64,000 bases of DNA from Chiloscyllium plagiosum (taxonomy: Eukaryota). Within the stretch, counting starts at the first letter, position 1, and every line of letters starts with the position of its first letter. Location: assembly GCF_004010195.1 (NCBI RefSeq), contig NC_057719.1:57967823-58031822 (forward strand), read 5' to 3'. Below are positions 41,190 to 52,380 of this stretch, one piece after another. The translations under genes were made by a program, and so were the position numbers. The notes beneath the pieces were generated by a model. It worked only from the letters and a program-made list of their open reading frames with translations, was not told the origin of the DNA and did not search any database.

Positions 41190-41348
41190 TAAAAGAAAAG
41201 TAAGAACTGTGGATGCTGGAATTCTGAAAGAAAAACAGAAATTGCTGGAAAATCTCAGCAATTCTGAAGAAGGGTCACAGAAACATTAACTCTGATTTCT
41301 TTCCATAGATGCTGCCAATCCTGCTGAGATTTTCCAGCAATTTCTGTC
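41190..41348. mobile_element. Fold-back Penelope pLTR insert, family B
   Basis: CTGAAGA-AGGGTCAC-A-GAAACATT with a stem II deletion. Flanked by ttaattcaaa repeats (41172-41181 and 41349-41358). Confidence 0.65.
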
Positions 41349-42729
41349 TTAATTCAAAGCAAGGTTTGAACATACTACTACACTGAAAGTTCACAGTCTT
41401 CTACAGTCAAGCCCTATCAAAGTGCAAAAGCCTAGGAAGAGAGGACGAGCAAAGACATATGAAAGAGAACCACAAAGAGAATGCACAAGGATAATTCAAT
41501 TACCAATGCATGCAATATGACATGATTCCCCTTGCCGTTTTTGTTTGGAATTATTATTATTTAGAGATTTTTATTTTTGTAACTTGGCAATGCAGAAGTT
41601 ATGATGGTCAGTGCCATTTCAGAAGATAAAATACGGGACTGTTAATGAATGAGGAATTGGAATTATAGTTACTTGTATGACATCAGGATGAGTTTATGAT
41701 GAAAAGGTCAGGCACAAAGAGGCAGTATCGGTTGTCTCACTTAAGCTCCTCTTTATTCTCTTCTTCCTCTCTCTTACAGTTCTGTTTCTCAACTGTTCAC
41801 CACATAGCTGATGGCAAGGGCTGTTCCCAAGAGTAAGATTGCAAATCATCTCATAGCCACTAGGAATACCGAACCCAATGTACCAAATACTGCAGGATCT
41901 TGCCACTGTGGTCCAGAAAGCATAAATTTTGTTGGAGCATGCCAAATGTCCAATGCATCACATTTCATATGATAGCATAGTTTCTATTATATGCATGTTG
42001 CATATGTATGTGGATTGTGTTAGCGAATCAGAGAATCAAGGACTGATTTGTAAGGGATTTGCCACCTTACTTAGAGCACGATAAAACATAATGATAAAGT
42101 TCAGTTCTGGGCCAACTTTATGAAGGGAAAGGCAATGAAATTCATTCAACATTTGCAGGAAAGCCTTTCCATTATAAGGCATTAGATCTTTCCCATTCCA
42201 CTGAGTATGGCAACTTGTAGTTTTGGAAGTACTACAAAGCAGTTATTGGTCTTGACCTCACACTATGCTGGCCAAGGTGGTCATTAGGACCAATACTTGG
42301 TCTAACTTCTCAACCATAGACGGGTTGGGAGATTGTTATAACGTGTAAAATTTACACCCTTGTGAGTGAACATTAAGAGGTTGTATTGAACATAACCATT
42401 TATAAAGCATGATAAGAGAAGACTTCCTTCTTGGAACTTTATCAATTCAGGCTCCAGTCCCGTGTGATATGACATCAAAATAACATAACTCCTTTTGCAT
42501 ATGCTCAATAGCTGTTCTAAAATGTATAAATAACGCTCTACACTCAATCTCTACCACTCCTCCCCACACAAGTTATTTTACGGTAGATTCACTTAACCCT
42601 TAACATGTAAATCTCCATCCCCACGCTACAATTATCCTTGACTTAATGCACTAATCTCAATTTGTTGGAAGACACACAGACTTGTTTGTCATTAGTGGGC
42701 ACGTGAGCATTATGTTAGGATGGGCTAAC

Positions 42730-42873
42730 AGTTTCTTTTCAAACAAGAATATTCTGGAACTACCTCATCATCAGTGAGAAAACAGCCCTCTGGATCAGGA
42801 TCAATCATAATTGACAGTGTAGCACATTGATCTGCAGATTGGACAAAAATTTTGGTTACTTCCCCATGTGTTT
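42730..42873 (-). CDS. Candidate 144-nt phase 1-1 exon (THGEVTKIFVQSADQCATLSIMIDPDPEGCFLTDDEVVPEYSCLKRN)
   Basis: AG and GT boundaries, open frame, length divisible by 3. Splice signals are weak. Confidence 0.2.
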
Positions 42874-43266
42874 CTAATAATTTATTAAAAAATAATCTGC
42901 TTTTTATCTGCATGCTGCTCCATGATAGTCTCCTGTGAACTTTTCTTCTTTCCTCAGGAACATTTTTCTTAAACATAAGATTATTAATTTTTAATTGCAG
43001 ACAAACTTGTCCCTGTCCTAATAGCTAACAGCAATCATAGAGATCAGAACGTTCCAACCAGGAAAGACTTTTTCCTCCACCAATTATTGTGTTGGTCCAT
43101 TGGCTGCCTCTGTCGGGAATTTCTGGAATTCTGTTTAAGATTTTCTCTTTCAGTTTCCAAGGCTTCATTGTGTTGTGTGACTGCTAATAGCATGAAGTTT
43201 TTAACAGTGTTCTCCATGTGTGATTATGAAAATAGAATACGCATAATTGGCTTCTGCAACCTTTTT

Positions 43267-43580
43267 TAGATTAAATTACATTACAGTGTGGAAACAGGCC
43301 CTTCGGCCCAACAAGTCCACACCGACCCGCTGAAGCGAAACCCACCCATACCCCTACATTTACCCCTTACCTAACACTACGGGCAATTTAGCATGGCCAA
43401 TTCACCTAACCCTGCACATCTTTGGACTGTGGGAGGAAACCGGAGCACCTGGAGGAAACCCACGCAGACACGGGGAGAACGTGCAAACTCCACATAGTCA
43501 GTCGCCTGAGGTGGGAATTGAACCCAGGTCTCAGGTGCTGTGAGGCAACCGTGCTAACCACTGTGCCATTGTGCTGCCCA
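43267..43580 (-). mobile_element. HE1-type (V-)SINE
   Basis: Reverse complement of the tRNA-like head and V-domain-like core. Confidence 0.88.
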
Positions 43581-43894
43581 CCAACCTTGCTTGAAGCTTC
43601 AAAGTTTATGAATCTATTTTGGAGTTATGAAACCTCTTTCTTGCACATTTAAAGATCTTAGCCCATGATTATAATATTGTGGACACTTTTGTAGATACAG
43701 AATTATTTGAAGGTTCACTTGCTTGGTAGATGAATTTGTGTAAGATTTCATTCCTGCTTCCCTGAAGTGATCCACCCTTCACACAGAGAGGAAGGTCTTC
43801 ATCTGACCATGGTTGCAGTTCTATTTTTGGATTTCTTTAGTAGATTCCTTGAAATAAGCCCTGAACTGTTATTGTAACCATAACATTTATACAG

Positions 43895-44345
43895 CTGCTA
43901 CAGGTCAATGGTAATCCCCAGGATGTCAATAATGGAAGATTCAGTGATGGTAACGTTATGAAATATCACAGGGCAATGGTTAAATTCTTGTTTGTTGGAG
44001 ATGGTCAATGCTGAGCACTTGTGTGGCACAAATATTACTTCCAACTTGTCAGCCCAAACCTGGGTATTGTCCAGGTCTTGTCGCATTTAGGCATGGATGG
44101 CTTCAGTACCTAGGGACACTCAGGTGCAGAAAACTGCAATCATTGGCAAACAATCCCACTTCTGATCTTGTGATGTACAAGTTCTTGTGCTGAAGCAGGT
44201 GAAGATGGTTGGGCTGAGGACATTACCCTGAGGACCTTCTGTAGAGATGTCTTACAGCTAGGATGACTGATATCCAACAACCACAATCAGACTCCTTTGT
44301 GCCAAGTATGACTCCAACCAGAGAGACATTTCCCCTGATTCCCAA
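43895..44345 (-). mobile_element. Old CR1-clade LINE fragment (different family)
   Basis: ORF 43898-44086 QDLDNTQVWADK...ILGITID. Related pieces at about 35320-35445 and 27380-27680. Confidence 0.7.
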
Positions 44346-44515
44346 TTATGCATAAAGAATGGGAACATAATTTTATGTATTGAAATCTATTTTATTTGGC
44401 TGAATGATTCACTTCCTAAAGTTACAAATGCAATCCTTATCTTGTCACCGTACTTTATTCAAAATCCTAAAATGTTTAACTAAAATAGTTTGCTTTTATG
44501 AAACATTCAAAAGCA

Positions 44516-44734
44516 GAACAAAAACAGAAGTTGCTGGAAAAGCTCAGCAGGTCTGGCAGCATATGTGAAGAGAAATCAGAGTTAACGGTTTGGGTCCAAT
44601 GACACTTCCTCTGAGGAAGGGTCGCCGGACCTGAAACACTAACTCTGATTTTTCTTCACAGATGCTGCTGAGTTTTTGCAGCAACTTCTGTCTTTGTTTC
44701 TGATTTACAGCACCCGCAGTTCTTCTGGCTTTTG
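44516..44734. mobile_element. Fold-back Penelope pLTR insert, family B, with hammerhead motif
   Basis: CTGAGGA-A-GGGTC(GCCG)GACCT-GAAAC at 44611-44637 between inverted arms. Flanks ttcaaaagca and ttcaaaaaca. Confidence 0.75.
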
Positions 44735-45759
44735 TTCAAAAACATAATATGGGTAATGTCCCGACAGCTCTAATCAAAGAAAACACATTTACGCTGTTGA
44801 TAAATACTTATTTTCTTATTGATTTCATCCAACTAGAGAAGTGAAAATTATGTAAACAATCTGGAAACTGAGCAAAGGTTTATTATGTTTTGCCTTTTTG
44901 TCAACATCAACTCATCCAGTAAAAGCAGTTGAGTTCTGCATTTGGCCTGGATGTCCTCTGGTCAGAGGCAGAGTGCAGCAGAAGCAGGATGAGGGATTTA
45001 AATGGTCATTACTTGACCACTTTAGGTGCTCAGTAGGTCCAATGGAGAACTGATCATGCAATGCTGCCACCACTGCCTAAAAATGGGAGATTGCTCTCAG
45101 TCTTCTATACCTTGCTGTGCTGCTAACAGTTCTTCAATATTTTAGTCTTATTATGACACCTGTGTTTTTATATTGATTGATTTAGTCATTGTAATGAATG
45201 ACAAACAAATGTGAAAAATATCTTAATGATGTTAAAAATATAGTTTATGCTTGTGTTGTTAAGTAATATTTTGAAAAACTGAACTGTACAAATGCTTGCA
45301 CCAAGTACACCTTCAATGGAATTACGTTTTTAAACAGCAGTTTAGGCTGTTACTATTTTTGGGATTTCTTGCCAGAATCTATAACTGCTATACAAATTTT
45401 CAAAATAATGTAATTAAATACAACAGAAATTTTGACAATACACAATGACGGCTGGTATTAAGGATCTGTGTAATGCTTATTGATGTCATACCACTCATTA
45501 GTCAAAAAACTAATGTTACTTCTGTTGTTTTAGCTAAACAATTAATTTCTAGTCAAACATATATTGATCTGTACATTTTGCCCTTTATACTTCAGGCATT
45601 AGTTTTTATCTTTTCTTTAATTAATTGTTTCAACTTGTTTTAGGCCTACAATGTAAATTGTATTATCTTTCTATGATACAAAAAAGGCAGAAGAGTTGTA
45701 CTGTCACCTAGTGGGCAAATATATGCAGCCATTAATTGAGCATACCAGACACAAGTGCA

Positions 45760-45935
45760 CTGAGTCATTTGTAATGGACAGAGACCCTTCGATCCAACTA
45801 GTCCATGCCAACCATAATCCCAAACTAAACTAGTCTCACCTGCCTGCTCCTGGCCCACATCCTTCCAAATCTTTCCTATTCATGTATCTATCCAAATGTC
45901 TTTTAAAAGTTGTAATTCTACCCACTTTCTCAGGA
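45760..45935 (-). mobile_element. CR1 3' UTR fragment
   Basis: gacccttcgatccaact...tatccaaatgtcttttaaa. Confidence 0.75.
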
Positions 45936-46650
45936 AATGAAGTTCATGTGACACATTGAAAGAAATCTTTGGCACCACAGTGCAATTTACACTTCACAAG
46001 TGGCAGAATCATGACCAAGTGGCACAGGCTACAATTTTGGAAGGGCCTGCCGAAAGAGGCTTGGTCAATAGCTATACTTGTCTTGTAACAGTACACTGCA
46101 CTGGTAGAGAGAGTGAATGCTTCAGGTCAGGGATGAAATAATAATCATGAGGTTGCTTTGAACTAAATGTGACTGAATTTCTTGAGTGGTATTGGATATG
46201 TGCTCGTCCAGAGTTTGTTCTTGCCTTATGCCTTGTAGGTGATAGACAACATTCAGGGATTTGGGAGATGAGTTACATCATTGCCTCTAATTTTCTTAAT
46301 GGCTGTGCTGGCCTTTGAGGCCTGAGCACTGCATTTATTGCCCATCCTCAACTGATTTATAGATATTTACAGCACAGAAAGGAGGCCACATGATCTATCA
46401 TGTCCATCCTGGTCAAAAAAGATCTGACTACACTAATCTCATTTTGGCCTATAAATCTAGGGGCTATAGCAACACAAGTGAATATCTAAATGCTGCTTAA
46501 ATCTTTCAAAGGTTTCTGATTCAACCATGCTTTCCTGGCATGAGTTCCAGACTCTTACCATCCTCTGGGTGAAAAAATATTCTCAATTCTCTTTTAGCCT
46601 TCTACCCCAACCTTAAAATTACACCCCTGATTCTTGAGACTTCTATCAAT

Positions 46651-47066
46651 GGGGTTAGTTAGCTCAGCTGGTTGGATGGCTGGTTCGCAATGCAAAGTGA
46701 TACAAACAGCATGGGTTCAATTGCTACACTGGCTGAGGTCACCATGAAGATCCTACCTTCTCAAAATTGCACCTCGCTTGAGGTGTGGTGACACTCAGAG
46801 TCACACAACATGGAAACAGACTTGTCAGTCCAACTTGTCCAGGCCAAAGAAGTTTTGCAAAATTAAATGAGTCCCACTTGCGTGCATTTGTCCCACATCC
46901 CTCAAAAGCTTGCCTTTCATATACCTATGCAAATGTCTTTTAAATTGTAACTGTAACTTGCACTTCCTCTAACAGTTCATTCTACATATGAACCACCCTC
47001 TGCATGAAAATGTTGCCTCTCAGAGAAAGTAGCTCTGTGGCCGTCTGAAATTATGGAGACTTTTAC
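46651..47066 (+). mobile_element. tRNA-derived SINE (second family) interrupted by a minus-strand CR1 tail at about 46797-47020
   Basis: tagctcagctggttgg...gggttcaatt head. A decayed sister copy lies at about 18601-18760. Confidence 0.55.
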
Positions 47067-50000
47067 AAACTGAGTGCCATCATATTCATCCTATATACTT
47101 CTCATAAACTTATGGACCACTGTCAGGTTTCTTGAGAGTATCGTGTAAACTGCCTTCTTGAATCAGGTGATGTGATCTATAGACACCCACAGTGCTTTTG
47201 TTCCACAGTGGCTTGCGAATTCTTAAATGGCCGAGGAAGCTACTAGGCCTCTAGAGTCAATCACTAGATTGGGAGTCACATATTGGGAAGACTGGTTAAA
47301 GATGACAGATCTCCTCCCATGAATGACATTAATAATTTGATTTGATTTTACAACAATCCAGCAATTTCATGATCACCATTATGAAGATTAGTGCCCTAAT
47401 TCTGACTTGCTAATGAAACTTACGTTCCAGCAGCTACCATGATTGGATCTGAACACCTCATTCTGGAACATTAGTTGTGATCTTTGCATTATTAGTCTCT
47501 AACGTGACCACTATGCCACATCTCTTCCTCTGTCTTAATATTTCTTTCCACTATTTATTTTTCTTTCTGTCCCTGATTTGATTCCAAAAATTGATTAAGT
47601 ACACCACAGCATTCGGAATATTCATTTTGTACAACTGCAAATTAACTTAATCCATGAAATAGGATTAATGGCTAACTTGGTCCAAGATGTTGCAAGGCTT
47701 TATGAGAGTGTCAGTGAGAAAGGAAAGGGTTTTAATATTAATTTTATGGAGAGCATCAATTTAGAATGATATACTGGAATTCACATAAGAACAATGAGGA
47801 ATTACTTCAATGATGTTCACATATTGCTAGCTTCTCCTTCTACTTCCTTCCTGTTAACATCCGTTAAGAACATCATAGTTTCAGATTCATAAAGTGGATC
47901 AGTAGTTAACAACCAGACTCTTCATTAAAGCAGGAAAAACTTGAAATGACTAGATAATGGAGTTTTAAAATACCTTTGAAGATGCTTTGTCAGATTATAT
48001 TGGCAAGGATATGGTTTGCTCTCTATTCAATTAATTCTGAATATTTCATTGCAAATCCAGGGAACTTGTTTAAAGTCTAAAGTATGTTGTCAAACATGTT
48101 TACATTTAGCATGCTGGACTTTGTAGTCTCAAGGGATAGTTATTCACTCTTATCACTTTGTATTGGACAAGCATGGAATCTGATGTTCAGCCTTAAAAAA
48201 TTGTTTATGATTTACAATTTATTGCAGTGAGCCCAACAAAGCATGCCAACAAATTATTAAAGGATTAGTATCTGTGTTCACTAGCAACAAAAACAAATTA
48301 AGTTTAAGAGAATGAATATATGGACAAGTAGCTTCTACCAGCTTACACAGTTTAAAGCTGGTATTCACATTGTAACTGAACAACTGCAAACATTTTAACC
48401 ACCTGATAACAGTCAATTATTGGCACAGAAGAGCCATAAAAAGTTTAGTGGACTTGTAAATATTTAATTAGTTGTTTAAACTGTGCTACCTTACATATTT
48501 TCACACATTTATGAAAAGTGTACTTTGATAAAGGAAAGATGTACTACTGCACATGGTTTATAGAAGTAGAGGAGCTAAAAAAGAGGCGATAATGAGGTAT
48601 AAATCCTGCTGACATGCAAATCAAATATTGAATGGCATGAAATAATGAGTATGAGATTTAATAACACGTTGAAGCAAAATAAGAAGTATTTAGCCAAAGG
48701 AAAACCTCGACAATTTTAAAATGAGAGGAATATTAAAAAAGTCTCAGACACACAGCTTGTTTTTCATACTACTGTCTGGTAGACATTAAAAACAAGGGGT
48801 AACATCCAGAAGTCTTGGATAAATAAACAGTTGCCTTATAGCACAGTTGCATAATTGAGGCAAGTTACATGGTCTGATCTGCTTTAGTTAAGACAAAATA
48901 TCTGAACCTACAATCCTAGATATGCAGATTTATTCCTTCATAACATATTCTGTAAAATAAGATAGCTCTAGAAGCAATTAATTTAGCTCATGTCTTTGAA
49001 AACAAAGGTGTTAAATTGATCATTTTGCTTTTCTGTCAAAATACAGACACCAGAAATAGCATAAAATCTTTGTTATTTAAAAGTTAGATGTCAATGCAAA
49101 CTAAATTTAAAAATTAGCTGGTTGATGGTGAGTAAACGTCAAAGACATATGTACAATCATGATTCATAAATATATACAAAACAATTAAGCATCAAATGTA
49201 TTAATCTTGATATTTGCAATAAACATTTAGAGTAAAACTGATGGTCTATCCACAAACCTGAAACACTGCCGCATGTCTCATGTCTCACAAACACTTGTCC
49301 ATTCATCACTTTATTAATCTTATCCAAATCACTCCAAAACTTTGCCCACTGAGCTCAACCGCTAGTTTCTTCATTCTCAACATATAGTTTTCAACCACCT
49401 GAACAGCACCCTAAAAGTCCTTCTGAAAACCTCTCTCATTCTAACTCCTTAAAAAACTTTATCAAAAATTCACAGACATTGAGATGAAGCATAGACTCCT
49501 ATAGGGCTCTGAGCGATGTGGGCTTTGGCATGATTTGAAGCAGAACCAGATGAGGAGTCTTGTGATGCCAATCTCAGCAGCATGTCTCTCCATCTTTTGA
49601 CAAGTGGCGTAATGGGTTTTTTGTGAGACAGCAGTGAGTTACCAATAATTGCCTATTAAATGCCTTGTTAACAGCCTAAATCACTTCATTAATGTCCAGC
49701 TTCCTAATGTAGCTAACTTGCTAAAGAAACTTGATGCCAAGACATCTTGACATGGAATTTAGAACAGGTGCCTAGTAAATTCAGCTCACTGCTTATTCTG
49801 AATGAATACCATGTTGGATACCAGCCACCAAAATCTTAAGGCACTCTCCATGGACACAAGCCACTACACCCCACATTCATCAACATTGGCATCCAATATG
49901 TGCCAGCATCAAAGAACCCTCACTGTACATCTTTAATCCACATAAATGAAACTTCTGCACTTCAATGCTGCACCTAGGCCAGACTATTTATAGACTGTCA

Positions 50001-50589
50001 TAGACTCACTCACTTTGAGCCTACATAGATGCTCATAGAATCTCTTTCTTTTCCTGTATTTTTGGCCTTTGCTCCCTTAGCTACAGATATCAGGCTTGTA
50101 TTATTGCTGTCTTGCCTTGTACAGATACTAAACCAGGTTTTCTGCTGTCCTCCGTAAAGTCAAGAGAGGTAGCCTTCAGTCAGGGGCCCCAGTACATTAG
50201 GTCAAAGGCAGCCTCTTATACTAGTCAGGTGTTTAGACACAGTCAGATAACCACACAAGGCAAACAGAGTCAGGATTCTCTCCACCTAAGGGTTGAGGAG
50301 CCAAATGTCAGGCATGCCACCACCTGTCTTGACCCTTTCTGCCCTAGTGTGATGTGCATTCCTCCTGGAATGAGAGACAAGGGAGATGAAACCTGTTACT
50401 TTGGTACCGGTGGCAAAATATCCCCGGCCGCACAGAGGGCATACAGGATTAGTGCAGTTGGGGATGAGGGTGGGTGAGAGTAATTGAGGAAAGTTGTTGC
50501 AGGTATTAGTGAAAGTCACATAACATGAGCCTTGGTGAGAGGTCAGTACAGCATAAAGAATGAATTTAACATCTGCAGGAATAATGGTG

Positions 50590-50800
50590 AAGTGACCCTT
50601 CCTTCTATAGTATAGTGAGTATTTCTTCAGACAGCTGAGAGGGCATTAACAGAGGTGGCAACCTCTGACCCGGTAGGCATGATTCTGGTGTCATTGCCTT
50701 GACTGTTAGGCCTGGGGAACGTTGAAATCCTGCTTCTGCACCACCCCATCCAGCAAGACCTCCAGGTTTCTACCCATGAAGTAGGTTGACGATTTCTGCT
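50590..50800 (-). pseudogene. Decayed Myb/SANT-like (Harbinger accessory protein type) coding fragment
   Basis: YFMGRNLEVLLDGVVQKQD then, after a frameshift, SEVATSVNALSAV*RN. Parallels 10632-10860. Confidence 0.5.
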
Positions 50801-51326
50801 GGTCTGCCAAGACCAGGGCCAATGTCAGGAACCATGCAGGGCAGCTGTGGCCTGATGGTGCTGTCTGGGTGCACAGTGGGGCTTTCAAAGATGGTGTAAC
50901 ACAAGGAATTCAGTGAATTCCAGAATGTGTGCTGAGTGGGGAGTTGCTCCCAGCAAAGGTCCCTCCAAGAAACACAAAGTAGCTGAGCCAAAAAGTATAT
51001 GATTCAGCCCATAACATCTGTGCAAAACTTGTTACACAGTTAAAACAGAAAGTGCGCAAACTACTTACTACAAAAACATAACTTGTTAAGTATTCGATGA
51101 AATGTTCTTCTTAGCTAAAGAGCTTGAAAAATAGATTGTACTTTTAAAAAAAACATCAAGAATTGAATATAGAGAAACCTTTAGCACATATAGACATAAA
51201 GCAGTAATGCAGGACACTGCCGACATGTTAGGAAAATAACTGGTGTGCAGTCAGGGTGTTATTGTTTGGGCACAAGATATGCTATGACAGATGTTCCTTG
51301 TGAACTACTGATACAAACTTACTTAC

Positions 51327-51662
51327 CAGGTCCAGATCTCCCGGTCTCACGTGTCTCTCTTCTGATTTAACTATGCCCTTGTTATTTTACCTGATATCAT
51401 GGGCATCAAATTCCAATAATCAAAATATAAACCCAAGACAGGTCATGAGTCAAATCAAGACGTGCAATTTGGTATAAATATATGTGTAGGTCATAAGTCA
51501 ACTGAGCAAGTTCAACTTTCAAGTTGATTCTGCATTTATGTAAGAATATACACACATTTGTCCTGACACAAACTTATGAAACGTTGAAGAAAAGAGGATT
51601 TAAACAACTGAATATCATCTGGGGGTAGTCCAAGAATCAAATTTTTAAACATACTTTCAATT
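51327..51662 (-). CDS. Two candidate exons: 51662 to about 51556/51574 (IESMFKNLILGLPPDDIQLFKSSFLQRFI) and 51377-51327 (GIVKSEERHVRPGDLDL)
   Basis: Strong donor CTG|gtaagt at 51327 and acceptor ctccag at 51663. The other sites are weak and phases were not reconciled. Confidence 0.2.
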
Positions 51663-52028
51663 CTGGAGTTGTAGCAGCTTAATGGTATTGAGGGAGAACA
51701 TTGAATTTTGACTACCAACATAGCAATTAGTATTGAACTTATTTTGCTTTTGAATCTGCCAACCACAAACTTGCTTAAAATGAATTATAAAGACTCTGCC
51801 ATTGACACCTATAGCATTTTTGTATAACAGCACTATATTTACAGTTCAAGTAAGAAGATTGGACAAGTCATTGTGAAAAATATTTTAAAATCAGTGTCCT
51901 AAATTGCCAAGTCAGGGGTAAATATAAGATAGGCTACTCTTCAGAGGGCCAGTGTGGATTTATTGGACCGAAGGGCCTGTTTCTATCCTGGAGGGAATGT
52001 ATCCTAATCTATAATGCCTTGTTCCTAA

Positions 52029-52380
52029 AAAACAAAGTAAATATTTTTGGGGCAGCATGGTGGCTCAGTGGTTAGCACTGCTGCCTCACAGCACCAGGGT
52101 CCCAGGTTCAATTCCAGAGACCTAGGTCTTCTGTGAGGAGTTTGCACATTCTCCCCATGTCTGCATGGGTTTTCTCCAGGTGCTCTGGTTTACTCCCACA
52201 GTCCAAAGATGTTCAGGTCAGGTGAATTGGCCATGGTAAATTGCCCATAGTGTTAGGTGCATTAGTCAGAGGGAAATGGGTATGGGTGGGTTCCTCTTCG
52301 AAGGATCGGTGTGGGACAGATGGGCCTAAGGGCCTGTTTCCACACTATAGGGAATCTAATCTCATCTCATCTAAATCTAA
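52029..52380 (+). mobile_element. HE1-type (V-)SINE
   Basis: ggggcagcatggtggctcagtggttagcac...ggttcaattcc head with a (tctaa)n-like tail. Confidence 0.88.
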
